Source of the DNA: Actinomycetes bacterium
Lineage (GTDB): Bacteria > Actinomycetota > Thermoleophilia > Miltoncostaeales > Miltoncostaeaceae
Assembly (NCBI GenBank): GCA_031376285.1
Contig: JANMDN010000044.1
Span: 4,847-68,846 of the forward strand
Length of the DNA: 64,000 nt
Reading direction: 5' to 3'
Part shown: piece by piece, positions 44,335 to 52,476 of the stretch
Layout of the letters: each line of letters opens with the position of its first letter
Position numbering within the stretch: the stretch's first letter is position 1
Made by a program: the position numbers and the translations under genes
Notes under the pieces: model-generated
The model's input: only the letters and a program-made list of their open reading frames with translations
Told to the model about the DNA's origin: nothing
The model's database searches: none

Positions 44335-45816
44335 ATGTCCGACGGCCTCCTGATCCTGGCGGCGGGAGCGCTTCTCGCCGCGGGCATCGCCGCATCGCTG
44401 CTTGCGGGTCGGCTTCGTGTCCCCGCCCTCGTGCTGTTCCTCGGCGTCGGCATGGCGATCGGATCGGACGGCACCGGTTGGATCGACTTCGAGGACTATG
44501 AACTGGCTCGGAGGATCGGCGTCATCGCGCTCGCCCTGATCCTCTTCGAAGGCGGCCTCGCCGTGCGATGGAACGATCTCCGACCGGTCGTCCGACCCGC
44601 GCTGCTACTCGCATCGGTGGGAACCCTCATCACGGCGGCGGTGACCGGGGTCGCCGCGTACTGGTTGTTCGACCTGACACTCCTCGAAGCGCTCCTCATC
44701 GGGGCCATTCTCTCGGCGACCGACGGCGCGGCGATCTTCTCGCTGCTACGAGGGTCGAGTCTAAATCGCCGCCTGGCACGCACGCTGGAAGGCGAGGCGG
44801 GCCTGAACGACCCGATCGCCGCGGTCCTCGTCATTGGCTTTATCGCGTGGATACAAGAGCCGGCCTACGGGTTCGCCGACATGACGTGGCTCTTCGTGCG
44901 CCAGATCGCGATCGGCTCGCTTGTCGGACTCGTGGTTGGCCGGCTCGCCGTCGTGGCGTTTCGGCGCCTACGCCTCGGTGCTGCCGGGATGTATCCGGTG
45001 ATGGCCCTGACGACCGCCGCGATCACGTACGGGTCGGCGGATGCGCTCCACGGTTCGGGTTTCCTCGCCGTGTACCTCGCCGGTGTGATGCTCGCCATGG
45101 CACCGATTCCCGCCCTCCACACGGTCGAGGCCTTCCAACAGGGCGTCGCCTGGGTCGCGCAAATCGCCGTGTTCCTCAATCTCGGGCTGTTGGTCTTTCC
45201 GTCTCGTCTGGGCGACGTCTGGATCGAGGGTGTCGTGATCGGTCTCATCAGCGTCGTGGTCGCTCGCCCCCTTGCCGTGATGATTGCGACCGCGTTCGAC
45301 GGCTTCACGATCTCCGAACGGGTGACGCTTGGCTGGGCGGGATTGCGCGGAGCGGTCCCCGTCGTCTTGGCGACGTTTCCAGTGATCGCGAACATCCCGA
45401 ACAGCGAGACCTTCTTCAATATCGTCTTCTTCGCGGTCGTGATATCGACCGTGCTTCAAGGAGCGAGCGTCGAACCACTCGCTCGGGCGCTCCGGGTGAC
45501 GACCGCGCGCCCGGCATTGCCGCGCCCCGTCGGCGACACCGGAACGATCCAGCGCCTGGGCGCGGAGATCATCGAATGGACGGTTCAGCCGGGGGACGCG
45601 ATCGTGGGCACGCTGGTACGGGACCTCGGGCTGCCGCGCGAGGCGCTGATCACCCTCATCGTGCGTCGCGCCGACGCGATTGCTCCGCGCGGATCCACGC
45701 GGATCGAGGCCGATGACTCGCTGCATCTCATGGTCCGTTCTGAGGCGATTGACCACATCCCAGATCTCTTGGAGCGATGGCGGGAGGCTCCGACGTCCGA
45801 GCGAGCACCGGGCTGA
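44335..45816 (+). CDS. Cation:proton antiporter (CPA1/NhaP2-like) with C-terminal TrkA_C/RCK_C domain
   Basis: Polytopic Na_H_Exchanger profile (LEGEAGLNDP) and a C-terminal RCK_C-like beta domain. Confidence 0.85.
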   Translation: MSDGLLILAAGALLAAGIAASLLAGRLRVPALVLFLGVGMAIGSDGTGWIDFEDYELARRIGVIALALILFEGGLAVRWNDLRPVVRPALLLASVGTLITAAVTGVAAYWLFDLTLLEALLIGAILSATDGAAIFSLLRGSSLNRRLARTLEGEAGLNDPIAAVLVIGFIAWIQEPAYGFADMTWLFVRQIAIGSLVGLVVGRLAVVAFRRLRLGAAGMYPVMALTTAAITYGSADALHGSGFLAVYLAGVMLAMAPIPALHTVEAFQQGVAWVAQIAVFLNLGLLVFPSRLGDVWIEGVVIGLISVVVARPLAVMIATAFDGFTISERVTLGWAGLRGAVPVVLATFPVIANIPNSETFFNIVFFAVVISTVLQGASVEPLARALRVTTARPALPRPVGDTGTIQRLGAEIIEWTVQPGDAIVGTLVRDLGLPREALITLIVRRADAIAPRGSTRIEADDSLHLMVRSEAIDHIPDLLERWREAPTSERAPG

Positions 45817-45891
45817 GCGAACGCCGCCAAACCGTTCGATGGACCGTCGGAGTCGCCTGGGCTCCATCAGGGCCTACCGCCTGCGCCCGGA

Positions 45892-45922
45892 AGTTTCACA
45901 TTGTGAGGCTTCGGTGCCAGGC
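45892..45922 (+). repeat. Family-3 element, copy 2
   Basis: See copy 1. It lies 75 nt after the antiporter stop and about 70 nt before the VOC-like reading frame. Confidence 0.55.
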
Positions 45923-45990
45923 ACCAGTGTTTCGCAACGCGAACGGCCGCCGGCCGGGCCGCCGGTAGGTTCGGTCGCGCGGAGCAGCGA

Positions 45991-46404
45991 GTCAGCCTCA
46001 TCACGCTCGGCGTCGCGGACGCCGACGCCGGGCGAGCGTTCTATGAACGACTCGATTGGCACTGCACCCTTCCGCTCGACGACGTCGACTTCTTCCAGGC
46101 GGGTGGGCTGGTGTTCGGACTGTGGGGTCGGGGCCACCTCGCCGCCGACAGCGCGGTCGCTGATGGCGGTGGTTGGGGCAGGGTGAGATTTGCACACAAC
46201 GTCCGCTCCCGCGTAGATGTCGATCGTGTCATCGAACAAGCCCGACAGGCCGGCGCGGTGATCGGTCGCGAGCCGGCGGAAACGTTCTGGGGCGGCTACG
46301 CCGGGGTCTTCATCGACCCGGATGGTCACCCGTGGGAGGTCGCGCACAACCCGAGCTTCGCGATCAATGGCGACGGCACGATCACCCTGCCGCAACGTGA
46401 GTAG
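45991..46404 (+). CDS. VOC/glyoxalase-family protein with no canonical start for the full domain
   Basis: VSLITLGVADADAGRAFYERL ... IDPDGHPWEVAHN. The first ATG/GTG/TTG in frame is at 46111, which is inside the domain. Confidence 0.5.
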   Translation, partial: VSLITLGVADADAGRAFYERLDWHCTLPLDDVDFFQAGGLVFGLWGRGHLAADSAVADGGGWGRVRFAHNVRSRVDVDRVIEQARQAGAVIGREPAETFWGGYAGVFIDPDGHPWEVAHNPSFAINGDGTITLPQRE

Positions 46405-46527
46405 TCGCGGACCTCAGGCGAGCCCCGGCCGCCGAACGAGCCCGACGGTCCTCGGCAGGGCCGGCCGCCCTCCCCGGTAATCATGCTAATATCAGCCCGT
46501 GATTAGGTTGATTATTGGATCGTTGGT

Positions 46528-47577
46528 ATGAAGAGTTTCGTCGCCCTTAACGTGACCCTTGGGGCGCAGCCACCTTGGGTCGGGGCTCGTCTGGCGCAGA
46601 TTGACACCAGTCGAGGGCGTGAACAGCTCTACCTGAACCAGCGTCCAGAGTTGCTGCTCGGTCTCGCTGAAGAGACCAGGATCGCCTCGATCACGGCGTC
46701 GAACGCGATCGAAGGTGTCGTCGTTGACGTTCGTCGGGCCGAGAAGCTCGTTCGTCCGGTGCCGGCGCGCGTTCGCAACCGTAACGAGCAAGAGTTCACC
46801 GGATACCGGGACGCCATGGACGGGCTCATGCGCCAGGACGATCCGGAGCCCGTCAGCGTTCCCCTCGTCCTCCACCTCCACCGTCAGCTCCTCGGGGCCG
46901 CCGACGGGCGAGGCGGGCAGCTCAAGAGCTCCCAGAACCTCATCGTGAGCGACGGGGGCGGCGAGCGGATGATCCTCTTCACGCCGACGTCTCCAGACGA
47001 CACGCCGTTCGCACTGAGCGAACTGATCGACCGCTACCGCGGCGCCGCTGACGAGGAGCAGGCGCATCCCGTTCTACTGATCGGCCTGTTCGTACTCGAC
47101 TTCCTCGCCATCCACCCCGTGGCCGACGGGAATGGACGACTGGCGCGCCTCCTCACGTCCCACCTCCTACGGCAGCGCGGCTACGGAATCGCTCGATACG
47201 TCAGCCTCGAGCAGCGCATCTTCGACACAAAGGCGCGCTATTACCAGGCGCTGATGCACTCGCAGCGTGGCTGGCACGAGGCTCGTCACGATCCCTGGCC
47301 GTGGCTCGAATACCTCGTGGGAGCGGTCGGCGAGAGTTACGCTCGCTTCGAGGAACGTGTGAGCGCATCGGGGCCACCTGGCCGCTCGAAACAACAGCGG
47401 GTGCGCGGGTACGTCCTTGACCAAGCGGGCACCGATTTCAAGATTGCCGATATCCGGCGAGCCCTCCCCGGCGTGAGCGACCAGACCATCCGCCTTGTGC
47501 TCGGCGCCCTTCGAGATGAGGGAGCGATCATCGCCACCGGTGTTGGACCGAGCGCGCGCTGGCGCAGGCGAACCTGA
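46528..47577 (+). CDS. Class II Fic-domain protein with C-terminal winged-helix
   Basis: Fic motif HPVADGNGRLAR (F replaced by V) and N-terminal inhibitory motif SNAIEG, matching [ST]xxxE[GN]. Confidence 0.85.
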   Translation: MKSFVALNVTLGAQPPWVGARLAQIDTSRGREQLYLNQRPELLLGLAEETRIASITASNAIEGVVVDVRRAEKLVRPVPARVRNRNEQEFTGYRDAMDGLMRQDDPEPVSVPLVLHLHRQLLGAADGRGGQLKSSQNLIVSDGGGERMILFTPTSPDDTPFALSELIDRYRGAADEEQAHPVLLIGLFVLDFLAIHPVADGNGRLARLLTSHLLRQRGYGIARYVSLEQRIFDTKARYYQALMHSQRGWHEARHDPWPWLEYLVGAVGESYARFEERVSASGPPGRSKQQRVRGYVLDQAGTDFKIADIRRALPGVSDQTIRLVLGALRDEGAIIATGVGPSARWRRRT

Positions 47578-47617
47578 GACGGCGGCGGCGCTTCTGCCTG
47601 GGCGCTACGCTTGAACG

Positions 47618-48052
47618 ATGAGCGCGTGGGTCTGGTGGTTGATCGTCGCCGGTGGCCTGACCGTGGCAGAAATGCTCACGCTCGATCTCACGCTTGTTCT
47701 GCTCGCTCCGGCAGCCCTCGGAGGCGCCCTCGCAGCGGGTCTTGGTGCACCACTGGCCGTTTCTCTGATCGTTTTCGCGGTCATCGCGGCGCTCATGATT
47801 CTGGTGGTTCGTCCCGTCGCAAAACGCCATCTGTACAAGCCGAAGGCCATTCGGACTGGCGCCGCGGCGCTCGTAGGGGAAACCGCCCAGGTCCTCTCGG
47901 CCGTTGATGCCGACGGTGGCCGAATCCAACTTCGGGGAGAGACTTGGTCTGCCCGCTCATGGGACGGACTCGAGCAGATTCCCGAGGGCGCGCGCGTCGA
48001 GGTGGTGAGCATCGAGGGCGCGACCGCTCTCGTCCGCGGTGGGATCGGCTGA
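47618..48052 (+). CDS. NfeD-family membrane protein
   Basis: Two or three TM helices, then an OB-like tail GRIQLRGETWSARS. Confidence 0.8.
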   Translation: MSAWVWWLIVAGGLTVAEMLTLDLTLVLLAPAALGGALAAGLGAPLAVSLIVFAVIAALMILVVRPVAKRHLYKPKAIRTGAAALVGETAQVLSAVDADGGRIQLRGETWSARSWDGLEQIPEGARVEVVSIEGATALVRGGIG

Positions 48053-48090
48053 CCTCGGTTGATCCGAACCTTCGGGTCGACCCCGACTGA

Positions 48091-49032
48091 ATGGAGCACC
48101 ACGTGAACGCAGGGCAGCTCGGTGCGCTGGTTCTCGCGATCGTCGTCGTTGTGACGCTCCTGCGAAGCGTGCGGATCATCCCGCAGGCCCGCATGGGCAT
48201 CGTTCAGCGCGTCGGCCGTTACAGCCGAACGCTCGACGCCGGGATCCACGTCCTCATTCCCTACGTCGACAAGCTCCTTCCGCTCGTGGACATGCGCGAG
48301 CAGGTGGTGTCGTTCGATCCGCAGTCGGTGATCACATCCGACAACGTCGGCGTCTCGGTCGACTCGGTCATCTACTTTCAGGTAAACGACGCCCGGGCCT
48401 CGCTGTACGAGATTGCCGACTACGTCACCGGGGCTGAGCAGCTCACCGCGACCACGCTCCGCAACGTCATCGGCGGGATGTCGCTTGAGGAGGTCCTGAC
48501 CTCGCGCGATGAGATCAACGGGCAGCTTCGCGGAGTGCTCGACGAGGCGACGAACAAATGGGGGCTCCGGGTCAACCGGGTCGAGCTGAAGACCATCGAT
48601 CCGCCCGGAACGATCAAGGAGGCGATGGAAAAGCAGATGCGCGCCGAGCGTGACAAGCGTGCGGCGATTCTGACCGCCGAGGGTGACAAGCAATCCGCCA
48701 TCCTCTCGGCCGAAGGCGAGCGCCAGGCCGCCATCCTTCGAGCCCAAGGCGACCAGCAGAGCGCGGTCCTCTCCGCCGAGGGCAACCGCCAGAGCGAGAT
48801 CCTGATTGCCGAGGGCAAGGCGAAGGCCATCGAGACGGTGTTCGCGGCGATCCACAGAGGGCAGCCCGATGACAAGCTCCTCGCCTACCAGTACATCCAG
48901 ACACTTCCGCTGCTCGCTGCCGGCGAGGGCAACAAGACGTGGATTATCCCGGCTGAGCTGACCGCAGCCCTCAAGAGCATCAGCGGGGCGCTCTCCGGCG
49001 GCCCCAAGGAGCCACCCGCTGCGTCGGGCTGA
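48091..49032 (+). CDS. SPFH/band-7 (stomatin-like) protein
   Basis: VRIIPQARMGIVQRVGRY ... EAMEKQMRAERDKRA ... repeated AEG(x)RQ coiled coil. Confidence 0.9.
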   Translation: MEHHVNAGQLGALVLAIVVVVTLLRSVRIIPQARMGIVQRVGRYSRTLDAGIHVLIPYVDKLLPLVDMREQVVSFDPQSVITSDNVGVSVDSVIYFQVNDARASLYEIADYVTGAEQLTATTLRNVIGGMSLEEVLTSRDEINGQLRGVLDEATNKWGLRVNRVELKTIDPPGTIKEAMEKQMRAERDKRAAILTAEGDKQSAILSAEGERQAAILRAQGDQQSAVLSAEGNRQSEILIAEGKAKAIETVFAAIHRGQPDDKLLAYQYIQTLPLLAAGEGNKTWIIPAELTAALKSISGALSGGPKEPPAASG

Positions 49033-49117
49033 GCTCTCCGCGCTCGGTATCCAGCTTCCGGTTCTTGCGACGGTCTGCCCGGTCGCACTCCCACCGGGAC
49101 CAGATTGGCCGCGACGC

Positions 49118-49576
49118 TTGGAGCTGGCGGATCTCGACGTCATCACGACCGGCTGCGGGGTCGACCAGCCGGACTCGTGGCAAGCGGCGGTCAGCGCGGT
49201 CCCGCATCGGCCGGCGATGGCGCTCGCGGCCGACGTGGAGAGCGCCGACGGGCTTGTGGCGGCCGGCTGTCGTCTGATCTGTACCGATGTCGCGGTCGCA
49301 GGCCGTGCCTACCGCTTCGTCGATGAGCGCTGCGTCGTCGGGGTCGATGGATTCGACCAGTCGATCGAGGATCCAAGCGACATCGCGGCGCGTGTGCTCG
49401 CGGCGTGCGAGGACGGACCCGCCGCCGAGCTCTGGGTCGTCGCCGGGCCGGGACTTTCTGAGCTGCCCGTCGCGGTCGTCGAAGCCAAGCTGCGAGCACT
49501 CACCGACGGCGCTCGCCAGGCGCGGCTGTGGCTTGCCAAGGAGCAGTTCGACCGCGACTGGGGTCCGCCGTCGTGA
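49118..49576 (+). CDS. Hypothetical protein
   Basis: High GC3 and an acidic composition. TTG start, but the frame stays protein-like for about 30 codons upstream without any start codon. Confidence 0.4.
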   Translation: MELADLDVITTGCGVDQPDSWQAAVSAVPHRPAMALAADVESADGLVAAGCRLICTDVAVAGRAYRFVDERCVVGVDGFDQSIEDPSDIAARVLAACEDGPAAELWVVAGPGLSELPVAVVEAKLRALTDGARQARLWLAKEQFDRDWGPPS

Positions 49577-49612
49577 CCGCCCGTACGTTTCGGTCGACGA
49601 TTCCGCGGGCGC

Positions 49613-50187
49613 TTGCGTCGCACCGCGGCGGCAACGGGCTTGGGTCTCGAATCGGCTGAGGGTGATCCGCTTGAGCTCCTCGACCAGCCGTTTGCGATAT
49701 TCGGTCGCGGGGATGGTCGCGGCATCGACTCGACGGCCCGTGGCGCCATCGGCCCCACGCCGGTGCAGCTCTGCGACTACTGGTTCTACGTCAACCAACA
49801 GTCGGGCAAGAGCCGCGGTCGGCGCTACACGCGACTGAGCGTGGCCATGGTTGGGCTCGACGCGGACTGTCCCCACCTGACGCTTGCACCGGAGAACGCG
49901 CTCGGGCGGATCGCCGACGCCATCGGCTTGCGCGACATGAACTGGAGTCGGAGGACTTCAACCGCACCTTCACGTTGAAAAGCGACGACCGGAAGTTCGC
50001 GAGCGATCTGCTCGACGCGCGCATGATGCAGTGGCTCCTGCAGTACGGCCAGGGCCAGTCGTTCGAGGTCGGCGGCCGTTGGATCGTAACCTGGGCGCCG
50101 CGCCTGCCGGGCCCTTCACTGGCCGACCTGGTCGCCTACGCGACGTCCTTCCGCGCGAACGTTCCACGAGTGATCGCCTCGCTCTAG
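49613..50187 (+). pseudogene. DUF3137-like protein, frame broken near 49925-49935
   Basis: ...IADAIGLRD in one frame continues as ELESEDFNRTFTLKSDDRKFASDLLDARMMQWLL in the next. One missing base in GACATGAACTGG would join them. Confidence 0.5.
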
Positions 50188-50245
50188 CCCGCTCTAGCCC
50201 GCTGCCGCACACGCAGGCGGCCACTCCCCAGACTGAAAGGCTTCC

Positions 50246-50779
50246 ATGACCGGTCTCTGGATTATTCTCGGCGTCCTCGCCCTGCTCTTGATCGCGGGGT
50301 TTGTCTCCTACAACCGCTTCATTCGGGCTCTTCGGCAGCTCATCAAGGACGCGTGGGCGAACATCGACACCGAGCTGAAACGACGCATTGAGCTGATCCC
50401 GAACCTCATCGAGACGGTCAAGGGGTATCCCGCCCACGAGCGCGAGGTACTCGCCGGGTCGGCCACCCCTGGCGGTTCCGCCGCGACTGAGGGTGCGCTT
50501 GCGGCAGCACTCCGCTCCGTCTTCGCGGTCGCCGAGGCATATCCCGATCTGAAGGCGAGCGCAAACTTCATCGAACTCCAGCACGAACTGTCCAACACCG
50601 AAGACCGCCTGCAGGCCGCGCGGCGCTTCTACAACGGCAACGTTCGTGACTACAACACGCGCGTCAGCTCGGTACCCTCGAACCTCGTTGCTCGCATCGG
50701 AGGGTTCACTCCCGAGGAGTTCTTCGAGGTCGACGATTCCCTGCGCGACGCCGGCGCAGCGCGAGTCGACTTCGGCTGA
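50246..50779 (+). CDS. lemA: LemA-family protein
   Basis: N-terminal TM, YNRFI ... AEAYPDLKASANF ... RRFYNGNVRDYN. Confidence 0.88.
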   Translation: MTGLWIILGVLALLLIAGFVSYNRFIRALRQLIKDAWANIDTELKRRIELIPNLIETVKGYPAHEREVLAGSATPGGSAATEGALAAALRSVFAVAEAYPDLKASANFIELQHELSNTEDRLQAARRFYNGNVRDYNTRVSSVPSNLVARIGGFTPEEFFEVDDSLRDAGAARVDFG

Positions 50780-50804
50780 CCCTGAGCACCCGCGGCCGCA
50801 TTGC

Positions 50805-52319
50805 TTAGCCGGGCGGCGGATCCCTGAGCGCGCGGCTTTCGCGAACGAACGCCACAAAGGCGTCGGGCTCGAGCGCGGGGCTTGCCAGGAATCCCTGGTA
50901 GTCGTCGCACCCCTCCTCACGTAGGAGGGCAAGCTGCTCTGGGCGCTCGATGCCCTCGGCGACCACTCGCATCCGCAGGCTTCCTGCGAGCGCAATGATG
51001 GCACGGGCGATGGCGGCAGAGTCGGCGTTCGCCCCGAGGTCATGAACAAACGACCGGTCGATCTTCAAGGCCCCGATACGGAGTCGCTGGAGGTAGCCGA
51101 GGTTCGAATAGCCCGTTCCGAAGTCATCGAGGGCGATGCGAATCCCTCGCGTCGAAAGCGTCTCAAGGAGCAGCGCGGGCGCCGCGCCGCCTTCGACGAG
51201 AAGGCTCTCTGTCAGTTCCAGTTCGAGCAACTCGGGACTCAGTCCGCTCTCCGACAGGGCGCCCTCGACGACTTGCAGAAGCTGGAAGTTCACCTGACCA
51301 GGGGAGAGGTTGACGGCGACGGGCAGGCAGCCAAGGCCCCGAGACTCCCACCGCTTCGCCTCGACACAGGCTTCGGTGAGTGCCCAGCCACCGATCTTTT
51401 CGATGAGACGGGCCCGCTCCGCAATCGGGATGAAGACCTCGGGCGAGATCTCGCCACGGGTCGGGTGATTCCACCTAAGGAGCGCCTCCGCGCCCAGGAT
51501 CTCGTCGGTCGCCACCGACAGGCGAGGCTGGTACGCAATCGAGAGTTCATTTCGTTCGAGCGCGCCACGGAGCTCGGTTTCGAGGTCAAGCAACTCATTC
51601 AGGTTCGCGCCCGAGTCTGCGTACGAGCGGCGCCGCAGATGAACCCCCGCGCGCTTTGCGTCGCGCATGGCGATGTCCGCTCCCTGGAGAACGGCCGCCG
51701 CCGTCGTCCCATCCTCGGGATTAATGCTCAGACCGATCGTTGCGGTGAGCGCGAGGGGACGATCTCCGAGGATGATCGGGGTGGCCATCGCTCGCTGAAG
51801 ACGACGCGCTGAGACGATCGCCTGGGAGGGATCGGCCAAGCCTTCGAGCACGATAACGAACTCGTCCCCACCAACCCGGTACACCGAATCACCTCCAACG
51901 GCGCTTGTGAGTCGCTGTCCCACCGTCTGGAGAAGCGCATCACCTGCGTCTGGACCTAGCGCGTCGTTGATTGTTGAGAAACGGTCGATGTCGATCATCA
52001 GGACCGCTGTTCGGTAACCCCCTCGCGCGCCTCGCTCGAAGGCTCGCGACAAGCGCTCTGCGAGCGCAACGCGGTTCGGGAGCCCGGTGAGGTGGTCCGT
52101 GCGTCGGGACGTCTCGAGCGCGTACTCGAGGTTCCTTCTCGCCGTTTGTTCAACCTCAAGCGCCCGGCGAAGCTCCGCCACCGTTGCGCGCGCGGGCGCG
52201 ACCGCCCGCGCGGCCAGGCTCGGGGTGAGCGGAGTGATCGTGCCCCGGACGCCAGGCGACAAGCCGTCGGGAGTCAAGAGCATTCGGCGTGCACAGAGAA
52301 AATCGACAGAACCCCACAC
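50805..52319 (-). CDS. GGDEF-EAL c-di-GMP turnover protein
   Basis: RVGGDEFVIV (GGDEF) and GAEALLRW ... DDFGTGYS ... KIDRSF (EAL). Confidence 0.9.
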   Translation of the reverse strand: MWGSVDFLCARRMLLTPDGLSPGVRGTITPLTPSLAARAVAPARATVAELRRALEVEQTARRNLEYALETSRRTDHLTGLPNRVALAERLSRAFERGARGGYRTAVLMIDIDRFSTINDALGPDAGDALLQTVGQRLTSAVGGDSVYRVGGDEFVIVLEGLADPSQAIVSARRLQRAMATPIILGDRPLALTATIGLSINPEDGTTAAAVLQGADIAMRDAKRAGVHLRRRSYADSGANLNELLDLETELRGALERNELSIAYQPRLSVATDEILGAEALLRWNHPTRGEISPEVFIPIAERARLIEKIGGWALTEACVEAKRWESRGLGCLPVAVNLSPGQVNFQLLQVVEGALSESGLSPELLELELTESLLVEGGAAPALLLETLSTRGIRIALDDFGTGYSNLGYLQRLRIGALKIDRSFVHDLGANADSAAIARAIIALAGSLRMRVVAEGIERPEQLALLREEGCDDYQGFLASPALEPDAFVAFVRESRALRDPPPG

Positions 52320-52476
52320 TTCGGACCGATTGGATGCTGGTCCTTGTGTGGACTCCCCCGCAAGGCCCGCTGTTACACGGGAGGGCCACTTTCACACATT
52401 TTGTGCGTTTTTTGAAAGACTTTTGTTATCAGGGTCAAGGATCGAAGGTCCCCGAAGCCCTGAGATGGCCGCTGGC

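Noticed and set aside
47605-49146. 513-aa minus-strand ORF
   Set aside because: It is antisense to the clearly recognisable NfeD and SPFH genes. It has the typical high-GC shadow-ORF composition (Arg/Gly/Asp/Leu runs) and no motifs.
50181-50200. 10-bp tandem duplication GCTCTAGCCC x2 at the stop codon of the DUF3137-like gene
   Set aside because: It is a tiny slippage duplication that duplicates the stop codon. It has no evident functional consequence.
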